A DNA stretch of 53,822 nucleotides, filler included, from Jimgerdemannia flammicorona (Eukaryota), in the NCBI GenBank assembly GCA_003990765.1. It is 3 parts of 3 records of this genome, joined end to end, with 100 filler letters (N's around TTAATTAATTAA, not from the genome) between each part and the next. Parts side by side here need not be neighbours in the genome. Positions count along the whole stretch, not along the records: positions 35,956 to 53,822 come from RBNJ01002379.1; 2 more parts are not named here. One strand, given 5' to 3'. Below are positions 38,745-50,380 of the stretch, in pieces. A model generated the notes under the pieces. That model saw only the letters and a program-made list of their open reading frames with translations, was not told where the DNA came from and did no database searches. The number at the start of each line of letters is the position of its first letter. The stretch's first letter is position 1. Made by a program: the position numbers and the translations under genes.

Positions 38745-39541
38745 TTCACATTTCAAATAAATATCTACCTCTTGCTCAGGAATTGCCATTAGTTTCTGTC
38801 ATTTGCTGAATATATATTCTTGTAGTTCAGCATCCACATCATCTCCAGTATCTTCAATATTAGAACTTGCTCAATAAACTGATCTAGCTAGAGGGGTGTA
38901 GGTTGCATTATAGATTATGTAAAATACATTTTTCGCCTCTTCAATCCACTCGGGTTCCCAATCATGAGATATATAATATTGTAATTTAAGCCTGGGATCA
39001 AGTACTGGTTTTATTCAAAAAAGAAAAAAATTAGTTCAATTTTGAAATACAGCCAACATCATTTTGAATATATATACTTACTGGTACCAACATAATAAAT
39101 TAGAGTATCTGTCCTTTTATAATATTCTTTCAACTTAACAATAGCTGCTGTTAGTGCCAGGTGAATGGGATTTGACTCTTCAGTATTATTATCCTCCAAC
39201 TTATCCAGTAAGAAGTTGTAAATTGGAACAGTAGAATAAATTGTTGGATATTTATGCCACATAGTAAGATCTGTTGCTTGTTTGAAGCACTTTAGAATAC
39301 CAACAATATCTTTTAACACCTGCCAAGTATAATCTTCAATGGCATATTATCAAAAATCCCTATCAGCAATAATGATTGCAGTTAAGAGCTATATATAATA
39401 TATATATAATAGTAATTAATTCATTAGATTATCACTTATAAATAAATTAAATATATTCGATTCAAAATATTTTGAAATATTTTGAATCAAATTGCCAATT
39501 CAATTTGATGCTATTTGTTGAGAGTACTGATCTGAAGAATG

Positions 39542-39583
<42 letters not shown>

Positions 39584-41437
39584 CTTACTTTTGATAATTC
39601 TAAGGCTCATTCAATCATTGAATATGTTGAATTCCATCAAGTTCTAATATCCAATATGAGTTCTTTTGGATTGCTGATTCCAAAAATTCTATATTACTTA
39701 GCAAATTGCTCTTGATACTATAGTGAAGATCAGATCTTGGTAATAATCATTTGGAGCCTTGATATTTCTCCATTCTCAGTTATATCATCATCTTCACTCT
39801 CAGCCTTCAGATAGATTAAAAATGCCTGAACAGCCAGGTTAATGATATGCACCAGGTAGCATATATATTGTATTGGTGGATTATTAAGGTACATAAGTGT
39901 GATCGAATTTCTCCTGAATTATTCGAAAAAACACATTGTTGTTGGATGTATTGTCTGTTATTATAGCCAATATCTAGAGTGAAAATCAATAATTTGAAAT
40001 GTAAGATAACTGTATTTCGAAATATATATATATTTTTTTAAAAAAAAAATCACAATCTTTTTTATGTGAAAATATAAAACAAAACCACCCATTTCCAAAA
40101 TATGAAATTATGTACCTTTGTCGATATCCCAAAGTCTCTGATATAGTTCATGAAGGCATCAGCAAGATTTTCATCCAAATGAGGTCCTGACAGCTTGACA
40201 AAATCAATCAACATACAGTTGAGTTACCAATTCTGACTGATCCAATGTACATTAATTCCAAGAAATGTATGCATATTAGGTGATATCCATGTGTCAATAG
40301 TGAAAGATATTCAACTGAGTACATTCTATTTCCAAATAAATTAATCAGAATGGGCTTAATTCAAATTAAGATTTAAATAAGTCAAAATATTAAATCTTAC
40401 CTGTAGCTTAATTTTGATGGCATCATGACTCCATTGAAAAGTTAGTCTGATTTCATTTCAAATAGTTCCAGCAGAAGGAATAGTAATGTCTGGTTTCAGA
40501 AGGCAAAAAATATCTTTCAGCTCTGAACTCTCAACAACTATAAAAGGCTGATTGTTATCAATAATTCAGTAAATGAGCTTGTCTTGAAATAACTGTATAG
40601 AGAATTTTGGCTATTTAAAAAAAGAGAGTTCTTAGGACACTCATCAGCATAGCCACCAGCTCCCCCAATTACAATATGGTCAAAAGGTAAACCATACTTG
40701 TGATAAGTATGAATCTATCATTCCAATCTGAAGACTCTTATAGTGTTTGTTGAAATGTATCCACAAATTTGTTGTTGAGCTACCTTTAGACTTATATTTT
40801 ACTTTACAGTGGTTACACTTCAGAATGACTTCTCCATCATCCTTGTGCACCTTCATAAACTCCTTCCAAATATCAGAGTGTGTATGGTGTGCTCTTCCTT
40901 TTCCTTTTGCAGATTGTATTGAGGTTATTACTGCACTTGTTGAAGTTGTATCTGTTGATATCATAGCTGTTATTATAGTATCCTCTGTAACTGATAGTGG
41001 TGTAAAAGGCTCATCTGACATGCTTGAATACATTAAGGAAGGTAGTTGTATATTGTGAGTTTCAATGCATATGAGTTTCTAATTACCATATTGAGTTTCC
41101 AATTACCATATTGAGTTTTGAGGATCGAATTGAATCGATTTAATTTGATTCGATATTATTGAGCTGACTGTCACATCATTTTATTTATATACTAGTATTG
41201 TAATATTTACAATTGAGCAGTGGCTTATATGACTATAATCCCCCATTCAGCTGATAGAGAAATCTCATCGAATCAAATCGAATTGAAACTCGAATCAAAT
41301 TGGACCTTTGATTCGATTTGAATCAAATTGAATTGAACCTCAATTCGAATTGATTTGAATCAAATTGGCCTCAATTTGAATTGAATCGAATCAAATTTGA
41401 CTCATATTCAATTTGATTCGATTCGTTAAGAGCACTA
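38745..41437 (-). mobile_element. hAT DNA transposon with an intron-containing transposase pseudogene, 3'-truncated
   Basis: BED finger IWKEF...CNHC...STTNLWIHFNKH, FTIDTW, TDN, HIINLAVQ, DIRT*WNSTYSMI, YPT, LDPRLK. TIR TAGTGCTC at 41437 with subterminal 5-mer repeats at 41265-41425. Confidence 0.88.
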
Positions 41438-42575
41438 CCTCTACCCTCATGAGGGTCCAAGAGACTCACATCTACACTATAACTTCTCTCTACATACTGA
41501 ATATACTAAGACCATCTTACTCAATACACCCCTCTGAGCTCAGAGTTATTGAGACTTTGTTATATAATCTGAATGATAGCTGAGAAAAGAGTGTTCAGAT
41601 CTCAATTTTTCTAATTTTTCTACTTTATATATAAATAAAGTATGTAGAATTTCATAATGAACCAAAATATACTATTATAGTCTTTAGAGATAATATATAA
41701 TAAAAGAGAAAATAGCTGATATCTTATAGAGGTTATTCTATACTCTCCAGTAATATAACTACTTAGACAATCTAATACTCATCAGTATCTCTGAATTTTG
41801 ATCTTTCAGAGTATACTCCAAGTATCAAACCATAACTTTAGAATAAGAGTAACTCTCTTATACTATGCTCAAATGTAAAAAATGTGCCATGGTCTGAAAT
41901 AAAGATGTCAATGCTATCAGAAACATCTGCTTCATCACTCTACATATAGCAGTAAATGGAAATAAAATACCAAAGATCTTCACTCAGAATGTATGGCTCA
42001 GAACTGCTACATTGACCTGAAATATGCATGATATGTTTAAATCAATCACAAAGTCATTTTTATCACCAAAATGCTAACCTTCCGACTCAAACTTTGACTG
42101 CAACCTTAAGGTTTGAATATAGCATTCGACCGGCCGTAGGAGCGTTCGCAGTTCAAAACCAACCTGAAAAAAAAAAAAAAATTCAAACCCAACCCCTCCG
42201 ACACCATCAAATTCCTGGTTTCGCCATGCCATTGACGCGACAGCGCTCTGCACACATGCTTAATGTCGTTGGCCTCAAGTCTATAATTGCTCAGAACTTA
42301 GACACATTGCTCTCAAACAGTTCGTTCTCATACATCTTTTGTCAGCAATGTGGGCCTGGGTTGTAAACGAGCCACACAAACCGAACGACGAAAACACATC
42401 ACTGTTGATCCATTATCATTGATGAAAAGAAAAAGGAACCCTACGAGATCAACAAACAGAACTCCGTAAAACACGACATCTAATACACAAGAAATATTCG
42501 GATTTTGAATTTCACTCCAATCACTTGTTCTGATACCATCTATCCTTCAAACTCCGGTGTCTGGCGCCATTTAGA

Positions 42576-45500
42576 TTAGAAATCTGACCCCTCGACACGG
42601 AACGTTTCCGCGAAGGCGAAGTACCGTGTCACGAGCTTAAAGATGGGGTGTGGGAGGTTCATCGAGATGAGCATGTTCTGCATCTTGGAGAGACCCTCGT
42701 TACGAATCAGCTTGTTGAGGTTGTGGCCGATGACCGTAGGGTACTAGATTGAATGACATTGGGATGTGAAGCGTGAACATTGGATGCCAACATGTATGAA
42801 TGACATTGCATACCGCTTCATGAATCAGTTTGAAAGGCCAAAAGAAAAACTTACTACAATCTCATGATACCACCGCTCGTGATATACCGTCAGCTTGACG
42901 ACGGCGACCAGGGCTTTCTGAACATTGCCCTCATCGGCATAGATTTCAAGGAGCTTCATCCAAGCCTTAGCCGAAAATTTGTGGTCCAAACACTGCTGAT
43001 AGGCTTCCTTGGCTTCCTCCTGCAAAAGAGCACACAATCGTGTTAATTATGAATGTATGAGGCCGAAGTCGATGCTCGCAGCAGAAAGACATAAATCATC
43101 AATCCCTCTCGACCCACCTTGTGATGCAGCCTCGAAGCCAAATCACCAAGTATTTCCCATTCAGTGCCTGTCTTGCGGTAGGGCATATGCTGTGCCTTGT
43201 AGTGCGACACTTCGGTTCTCCAGACGGTATAAACGCGAAGATCCTAAATGATGAGGTCGGTGTGATTATGTTGTGTATAGCAGTATTGTGGACGAATCGC
43301 AACAAAAACGCAGTGACGAACCTCGTAAAGAACCATAAACAGGTTGTCCAACCATCGTTCGCACAACCTCTTATTGCTGAACGAGAAACTGTGCTCTGGC
43401 TGGCTGGCCGCATCCTGGAATTGAGTGAATACAATTTTGGGGGATCAAAGATCGATCCTGATCGTGGCAGAGGATTTCTACCGCTCAGAATTTCTTCTTG
43501 AACCCGGAACCTTTTCCCGGTTGATCACACATAAGTTTGTCATATTTCAACTGACCTTTAGATCCTTCTGCTCCTCAGCAGCCTGCTTAGGCTTCTCCAT
43601 GTAACTTTGCTCCAAAGCCGCCGACTTCAATTTTTCTTCCTGTTCTCTCGCCTTCCTCGCTTCCTCGCTTTCCTGTTTCTTCTCCTCCCCATCATCCAAT
43701 TTCACATCCTCCAAATCCTCCGCCAACTTTTCTCCCCCCCCCTCGTTCTGTTCCTTCTCCTTCTCCTCTTCTTTCTCCTCTTCATTCTCATCCTTCTCCT
43801 CCTTTTCCTCCTTCCCCTTCTCCTCCTTCTCCTCCTCCTCCTCCTTCTCCTCCTTCTCCTTCTCCTTCTCCTTCTCCTCCCTCTCCCCCTTCTCCTTCTC
43901 CTCTAATTTCCTTTTCTCCTCCTCGAGTTTTGCCCCATTCGCTCTCGCCTCCTCCTCCAGCCTCTCCTCCCTCCTCGCCGCCACTAGGCTCTCTCTCTTT
44001 GCCCTCGCTGCTTTGAGACCTTCCATCGCCGCACTTCCCTTCCGCTCCTCCTCCACGGCCTTCTGCATACGGTATTCCTCCTCCATAACGAACACGCCCG
44101 ATCGGCACTTGAGCAGCTCGTCCCAACCAATCCTGGCGACGAGGCGGGTCAGAAGCGAGTAAGCCTTGTTGAAAGTACCGTGAAGGGCCGGGGCGGGGAG
44201 GCGGTAGAGGTTCGGATCGGCCTAGGAGACGCGATAATGGGTAGGATGTGGCAAGACAGTTGAAGTATATAGGGTTTATGCGTCGTTGGATGGTTACAAA
44301 AACGATTACAGCATACATACATCGCTATCCCGGCCGGTATCCTCCTCCATGATGCCCGAATTCACGATCTCCGGCTTGATTGGTAAATGAGTGCGCGCTG
44401 GGGTCGGCATGCGATGCATGTCGCGCTCGCTGTAGGTGAACATGGGGCACGAATTCAGGGTAAGGAGGGCCTGGAAGGAGATGAAGAAATAAGCGAGGTG
44501 TAATAAATAAGTGTGACCGCCACAGTACATTTCGAGAGCTCTCTTGTCTAAGTTGTTTTGGTTGAACCTAAGCGAATACACCAATTAAAGGAACAGCTTA
44601 AAAACAGGGATGCAAACGCACAGATTCGTAATCAGCAAGATCAATGTACACTTCCGTAAGTTTGGCCCAAGTGACAAATTCCGAAGGCGTATTGTTCACA
44701 GCGTGCTTAGCGAGCTTCAGAGCGATATCGTATTTGCCCTGCATAACGGATTAATTTCGATAAGTATCGTTGATGCAAGCTTTCACTTTCAACGAATTAG
44801 GAAAAAAAAAAAAAAAAAAAAAGCGAAATGCAAACCTTAGTCCTCAGGAAATCGACCTGCGTATGCAGTAGCGCATAACTCATAGGCGTGGCCTTGAGGG
44901 CGTCATACAAAACATTGATGGCCTTAATTTCCTCGTCTATAAAATAAAGACAAAGGATATATACGATCTATATCAACATAATGAGAAGGGGGCTCAGCGG
45001 GTCACACGTGACTCGGTACCCCTTTTCGCAACAATACAGGAGCATAGCCTCGTTCAGCGTACCTTGACCAATATAAGCCTGTGAGAGCAACGCGGCGACC
45101 TCAGGATCCTTCTGATACAGTGCACAGGAATCAAGGAATAGCTCACAACAAAAACTCACACGATGTGGCACAAGCTCAAAAAAAAAAAAAAGAGGTATGA
45201 TCGAAAAGGATATTTTTCTCAAACAGCTTGACGGCAGGCTCAAAGCGGAAGCTATCACCAAAATACTTCATAATGCCATTGGTCAGGTGGTTGTTGACGG
45301 AGGTGGCGACTTGGATTTCGGGAACACTGCCGAGTTGCCAACCTGTAGAAACCCAATCAATACGAAGGATGTTACTCAGCCGGTTCGACCAGACGGAGGG
45401 CATTGCGATAGGCCAGCAAAATCTTCTAGATTCTTATTCGTCGAACAAGATCGTGGAAAAACAATCGATCAAGGAAATCCCTCAAAACCGCACCCTGGAA

Positions 45501-46827
45501 AAAACACTGCTCGGCAGCCTCCAAGAACTTTGCCTCGGCCTGGAGATTGGGAATCGGATCCCTCTTACGGAACCCTGCAAGGCGGTACGAGCTGTCGTCC
45601 GAGTACAGGATGGAGCGGAGCAAGGCAGAGATGTAGGTCTGCTGCCAGACCTCAAGGGTGGCTTCGTGGCTGACGAGCAATGGTCATGCGGGTGAGCTCG
45701 GTGCCGCGAAAAGGATGAGTTCATAGGCAAACTGAGGAAAGGGGAGATGCCCACCGTTCACCACGGACATCGACGAAGTAGCTTTCCACACCACCGGGAA
45801 TCTTCACTTCGACGCGTACGTCGACGCGGGAAAAGGCGTTGAAACAGCTGAAATAGCAGGGGTTCCGAAACAGGTGAATGGATAGATTGAGACAGTCTCC
45901 CCCATCAGAAATAGACTCAACCATCGCCAGGATGTCATATCTTAAATTCGACCAGAATATATGCGTACCAGTAGATTCCAGACCGGATTCTCCAGGCGGC
46001 CGGCTTGGAGAACCAAGCATGGGGTTCATCCTGTAGCCGATAACGATGTAAAATCACGTACGGGCATGAGCTCCGGAACCGTAGCAATAAGTTTGAAAGG
46101 ACCAGCTTCTTAATTCTTTATCAAGATGCAACAGATCAACTCACCAATGAGTACGTCAACATATTCAAATAAGCAGCAAGACTAGCCGAAGAAGAAGCAT
46201 CGACACCGGAGACGTAGTGATAGGATCCGACCTGGAAAGGAAAGTAAAGAGTAAGTTTATTCATGAGCGAGTCTCGTCCGAAACTTACACCTGGTGTGAA
46301 GAGCTTTTGAAGCATTTTACTGATGGGCTGTACTCATACCAGATCCTGGAAACAGCAAACATTGTTGAAATGAGAGTAGGTAGAAGGTTAGTGAACTGTG
46401 AAAGACATTTTCAAGAGAGAGTTCAAGAAAGTACGAGGCGGTGTGCCCGAATATGGCTAGAACATGAAAGCAAAATCATAAACTTTTGGTGTGCAAACAT
46501 ATCAACTCATAGCCTCTTGTATCTCAACATCCTTGTTTTCGTAAAAATCAAACCAGCCACACGTCTGAGAAGTGATGTACCTCTTTAACACCCGGTTTCG
46601 CGTTGGACTTAGTGATGTGGCATAAATCCGGAGGGCCAAGCTCACGGAAAGAACCTATTCAGACGATGGGTACGACAATCAGGAAAGAAGAGTTTTAACG
46701 ACGGACACAATGGTTGATCAAGTTTCTGTGGGTGGTAAGCCATACCGAGCGAATCAGTTCTGGAGATGATGGCCTCGCCAAGCTCATTCTCGAAGAATTC
46801 TGGGATATCCTTAAGGGTATCACCCAT
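42576..46827 (-). CDS. BUD7: Exomer ChAPs-family protein (Chs5-Arf1-binding, BUD7/BCH1-like), multi-exon
   Basis: Spliced exons read MGDTLKDIPEFFE, GSFRELGPPDLCH, GSYHYVSGVDASSSASLAAYLN, CFNAFSRVDVRVEVKIPGG, WQQTYISALLRS, ALLTLNSCPMF, IGWDELLKCRSGVFVMEEEY, KFSAKAW, ...FRVEGSDF*. Introns are GT-AG, and an E/K-rich insert lies at 43600-44050. Confidence 0.92.
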
Positions 46828-48236
46828 TGTTTGTTGTCAGAACGCGTTCGCGGAATGGAGAGTGAGTTTCTTGCGGCAAGGAGCAAAGAAAGAAGGGCTA
46901 TTCTGACAGCGGGCGTTGTCGCGAAGTGCTCCTGCATTCCGGGAAACCTTAACGTCACCATTCGGTGTCCAATCCGGTGCGCAGCCCCGAATCACAGTCA
47001 CACATTACTGCACCCTTCCCTGTTTGAACGCCAAGCCGAGAACGAGTGTATACATATTAGGAGACCAACACGTCATGAAACTATCTATAATCTTAAGCCC
47101 GTGTTAAGGAGGCGCTCTTGACGTAGCTAAGCGACGTCGGGGAGTTTTTTTTTTTTTTATTTTACTTTTTTTTTATTTTTGCCAGGGTCCCACGGTCTGC
47201 AATAATGCTCGGGGATTACTACCGGAATTACCGCTTTTCCGAGTTGTCAAAGCTGACCATGAGTTGGAAACCTAAAGCAAAAAAACCGTTTACTGACCCT
47301 CGATGAACAGTTATCATACGGAACTGTTTGGGAAGTTCGAGGACCCCTGACAGATCCCTTCACCTGACATGGTCACAATCATTTGATGGATGTTCCTGCC
47401 AACATAGATTGACATCACCAAAGCCGTTAATCTGTGCAGTTCTATGATCTTTGGCAAGTACACGGATCTAGTAAATGCATTCTCCTTTTGTAAGCTGATA
47501 GTTGCCTTGTACATGTTTATTTTCATCTGGTCGTGCCCTTAGGAGAGAACCCACCACAAAGCCAAACCTCGAGGGAGAACACAAACTAGGTGACAACAGG
47601 CAGGTCGAAAGGACTTCGGCGATGGAGAGGTCGCTGGCCCTCTGGCAGCAAACAATGGATAAACTTGCATCGCCGATTTGGATTTTGCAATCATGCAATA
47701 CCGCAGTAGTGCGGTGCTCGATCAAGCCATGAACGGCATGATGTCCTCTTTTGTTGTAAAAGGTTGTTTTTCAGATCGGTCACCCCCGCGCCTCGAGAAG
47801 ATGTAGCTGTAATATATTAATATCTGTACAAAATATGCAATTTATGATGTTAATTCCTAATCAATCTTGGATTATTAATGTATATTTTTATTTTAGTCTG
47901 AGCCCTTGGATGCCATCACCCAATGTTTAAATCAAATAAATAGCAGTTCAACTAGTTCAAATATTGAATAAAAAAGAGAAACATTCTTACCTAAGGCAGA
48001 GTTTAATAACAATGTAGTTTAGAGACACTATTGTATTCAAGTCAGAAGAACCCATGCATTCTATAGTAACTACAGCTCGGCTAACCAGGTCTGACTGCAC
48101 ATGTATATAGTTGCTGCCATGTTAGTTGTAACCTTTTACGTCAAGACATTATCCAATGACGTATAGGGTGGCCGACTAAATATGGATTATGAACTGAGGA
48201 AAATATGTGTTTCTTTGTTATTATGAAGCTTCAACT

Positions 48237-48308
48237 GGTTTCGTAGTGTAATGGTTATCACACAAGACTCTGAATCTTGTAATCCGAGTTCGATTCTTAG
48301 TAAGACCT
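48237..48308 (+). tRNA. tRNA-Gln(CUG), possibly pseudogenised
   Basis: Anticodon arm CAAGA-CT-CTG-AA-TCTTG, TTCGA T-loop and a T-rich tail. One C.A mismatch each in the acceptor and T stems. Confidence 0.85.
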
Positions 48309-48399
48309 TTTATTTTGCCTCATGAAGGGATGCTTGAATATACATATATCATTTATAACCAGAATCTCATGGTTATTACGGTTCCGCAGAGACAGCACG

Positions 48400-49224
48400 A
48401 GAGGAGGAAGATGGCCCAGCAGGAGCCAGGGGAGCAAACCCAGAGCCAGTGTCAAAGCGAATGGAAGACATGTGGAAGAGCATGTATAAGGGGGACGAAC
48501 AAAGAACGTAACCGAAATTACATCAGCCATTTATTGCCATGTAAAAACGCGGTCCTTATATACAAAATACGACGTCCCAAAAGGGAGGACATGCCACAAC
48601 TCGGGGTGAACCGAATTAGGAACCACATGACCGCCGGAGATAAGCGGAGATAAAGGGGGAGCCAATCTCAGTTGCAGGATAAAAATCACAAACAAATACA
48701 AACAAAACAAATCCAAATCGAGATTAAAAAACATCCTTGCCCCCTCTGGGGTCTTGCGCTCGCTCCGGGGTCTCGGCCTTACTCTGCTCCCCTCCGCTGC
48801 CTTTGACCCCTCACTTCGCTCGGGCTCGCTGCGGCTCGCTCCGTTTCAGCCTCACCCCTCGCTCGCGCTCACCCCTCCGGGGTCTGCGGATGTTTTTTAA
48901 TCTCGATTTGGATTTGTTTTGTTTGTGTTTGTTTGTGATTTTTATCCTGCAACTGGGATTGGCTCCCCCTTTATCTCCACTTATCTCTGGCGGTCATGTG
49001 GTTCCTAATTCGGTTCACCTCGAGTTGTGGCGCGTCCTCCCTTTTGGGACGTTGTATTTTGTATATAAGGACCGCGTTTTTACGTGGCAATAAACGGCTG
49101 ATGCAATTTCGGTTACGTTCTTTGTTCATCCCCCTTATACATGCTCTTCCACATGTCTTCCGTTCACTTTGACACTGGCTCTGGGTTTGCTCCCCTGGCT
49201 CCTGCTGGGCCATCTTCCTCCTCT
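48400..49224. repeat. Palindrome: 337-bp inverted arms (48400-48736 and 48888-49224) around a 151-bp loop
   Basis: AGAGGAGGAAG...GATTAAAAAACATCC is the reverse complement of GGATGTTTTTTAATC...CTTCCTCCTCT. Confidence 0.95.
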
Positions 49225-50370
49225 GCTGTACCGCCTGCCCTCGGGGCCTCCGTCCTCGTCGATGAGCTCATGGATGAGGTACTTCCTCCTCCCTCTCCCC
49301 CTGCCTTCACCCCCGCCACTGTCTCCTTCGAGACCTATATCTCGTCTGCCATCCTTTCCCTCCCCCTGGACCTTCATCCTTCTGGTCGTCCGCTCCTCTC
49401 CCAGTTCCGGTCGGTTCTTGCCCTCTCCGCCAAGGAGGCTCATCTCCGCCATGACGTCGACATCATCGCTCCGCCCGCCATCTGCTACTCCGTTCTCCCC
49501 GAGGCCCGCCACCAAGCCCTCTCTGAAGAGGTTCGTGCCGCCACCGCCGCCGCCGAACTCGCCGCCGCTGACGCCACCGCTGCTTCTGCCGCCGCCGCCT
49601 CCACCGCCTTCCAACGTGCCTGTGCCACTTTTGTGGCCTTCGCCTCCTCCCACCTTTCGGATGCCGCCCCTTTCTGTGGCTTTGCCATCCATGAGGTTCC
49701 TTCGGTCGCTGCCGACATCGACGCTATGCATCGTTTCCTCCTCGCCGGCACTTCCTTTGTCGCTCGTCTTCACGAGCAGGAGTCTTCACGTGCCGCCGCT
49801 GCTGCTCGCACCGCCGCCACTGCTCCCCTCTCTGCCTCCCCTGAGGTTTCGGTCTCCGAGGCCATTTGCGCCAAAGCTCGTGCTGCTGCTCGTGCTGAGG
49901 TTCGTTCCTTCGCTGCCGCCACTGCCAAGGCCCCCTCCAAGACCCCCGTCAAGACCCCCGCCAAGCCCAACCAGGCTTCGTCGGTCTCTTCCCAGTCCCC
50001 CTCCTCTGCCAAGGCTTCCTCCTCCGTTCCCCCTGCCCCCAAGCATGGCCGCCAACTTGGTTCTCGCCCTGTCGGGGCCTGGCCTTGTGCTGTCTGCTCC
50101 GGTCGCCTCCACCGTGCCTACTGGCACCTGGCCAAGTCCGTCTGCCCCCATGGTGGTATTCCTCGCGCTGCTGCCCCTTCGGCTGCTCGCTCGCCTTCGG
50201 CCTCCTCCGCTGGTTCTTCCTCTGCCTCCTCTCTCCGTGCCCCTGAATGCAAGGGCTGCACGAAAGCCTGTGGCCGCAAGGTCTGGCACTCTGACGGGGT
50301 GTTCTCTCGTTCGTCGAGTTCGCCACCTTCAAAAAAAGTCAGAGGGAAGGGGAAGGCCTCCCGCTCTTAA
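49153..50370 (+). CDS. PLE ORF1 (~405 aa, Ala-rich helical, with C-terminal Cys/His motifs)
   Basis: Intact ORF. The track start at 49141 reads ACG in the 3' pLTR copy, so 49153 is preferred. Motifs CAVC...WH...C.H and CKGC...WH; TATATAA near 49062. Confidence 0.75.
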   Translation: MSSVHFDTGSGFAPLAPAGPSSSSAVPPALGASVLVDELMDEVLPPPSPPAFTPATVSFETYISSAILSLPLDLHPSGRPLLSQFRSVLALSAKEAHLRHDVDIIAPPAICYSVLPEARHQALSEEVRAATAAAELAAADATAASAAAASTAFQRACATFVAFASSHLSDAAPFCGFAIHEVPSVAADIDAMHRFLLAGTSFVARLHEQESSRAAAAARTAATAPLSASPEVSVSEAICAKARAAARAEVRSFAAATAKAPSKTPVKTPAKPNQASSVSSQSPSSAKASSSVPPAPKHGRQLGSRPVGAWPCAVCSGRLHRAYWHLAKSVCPHGGIPRAAAPSAARSPSASSAGSSSASSLRAPECKGCTKACGRKVWHSDGVFSRSSSSPPSKKVRGKGKASRS

Positions 50371-50380
50371 ACTTCCCCCT
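50331..50380 (+). promoter_or_regulatory. Putative -1 ribosomal frameshift signal
   Basis: A_AAA_AAA is phased to ORF1 codons and followed by a G-rich/C-rich stem with GGGGAAG/CTTCCCC pairing. The RT lies in the -1 frame. Confidence 0.6.

Noticed and set aside
47300..47732. Short ORFs upstream of the ChAPs gene
   Set aside because: All frames are interrupted and no homology was recognised.
48722..49224. Hammerhead ribozyme in the pLTR
   Set aside because: No CTGANGA...GAAA core found by eye on either strand, only CTGATGC. A variant cannot be excluded.
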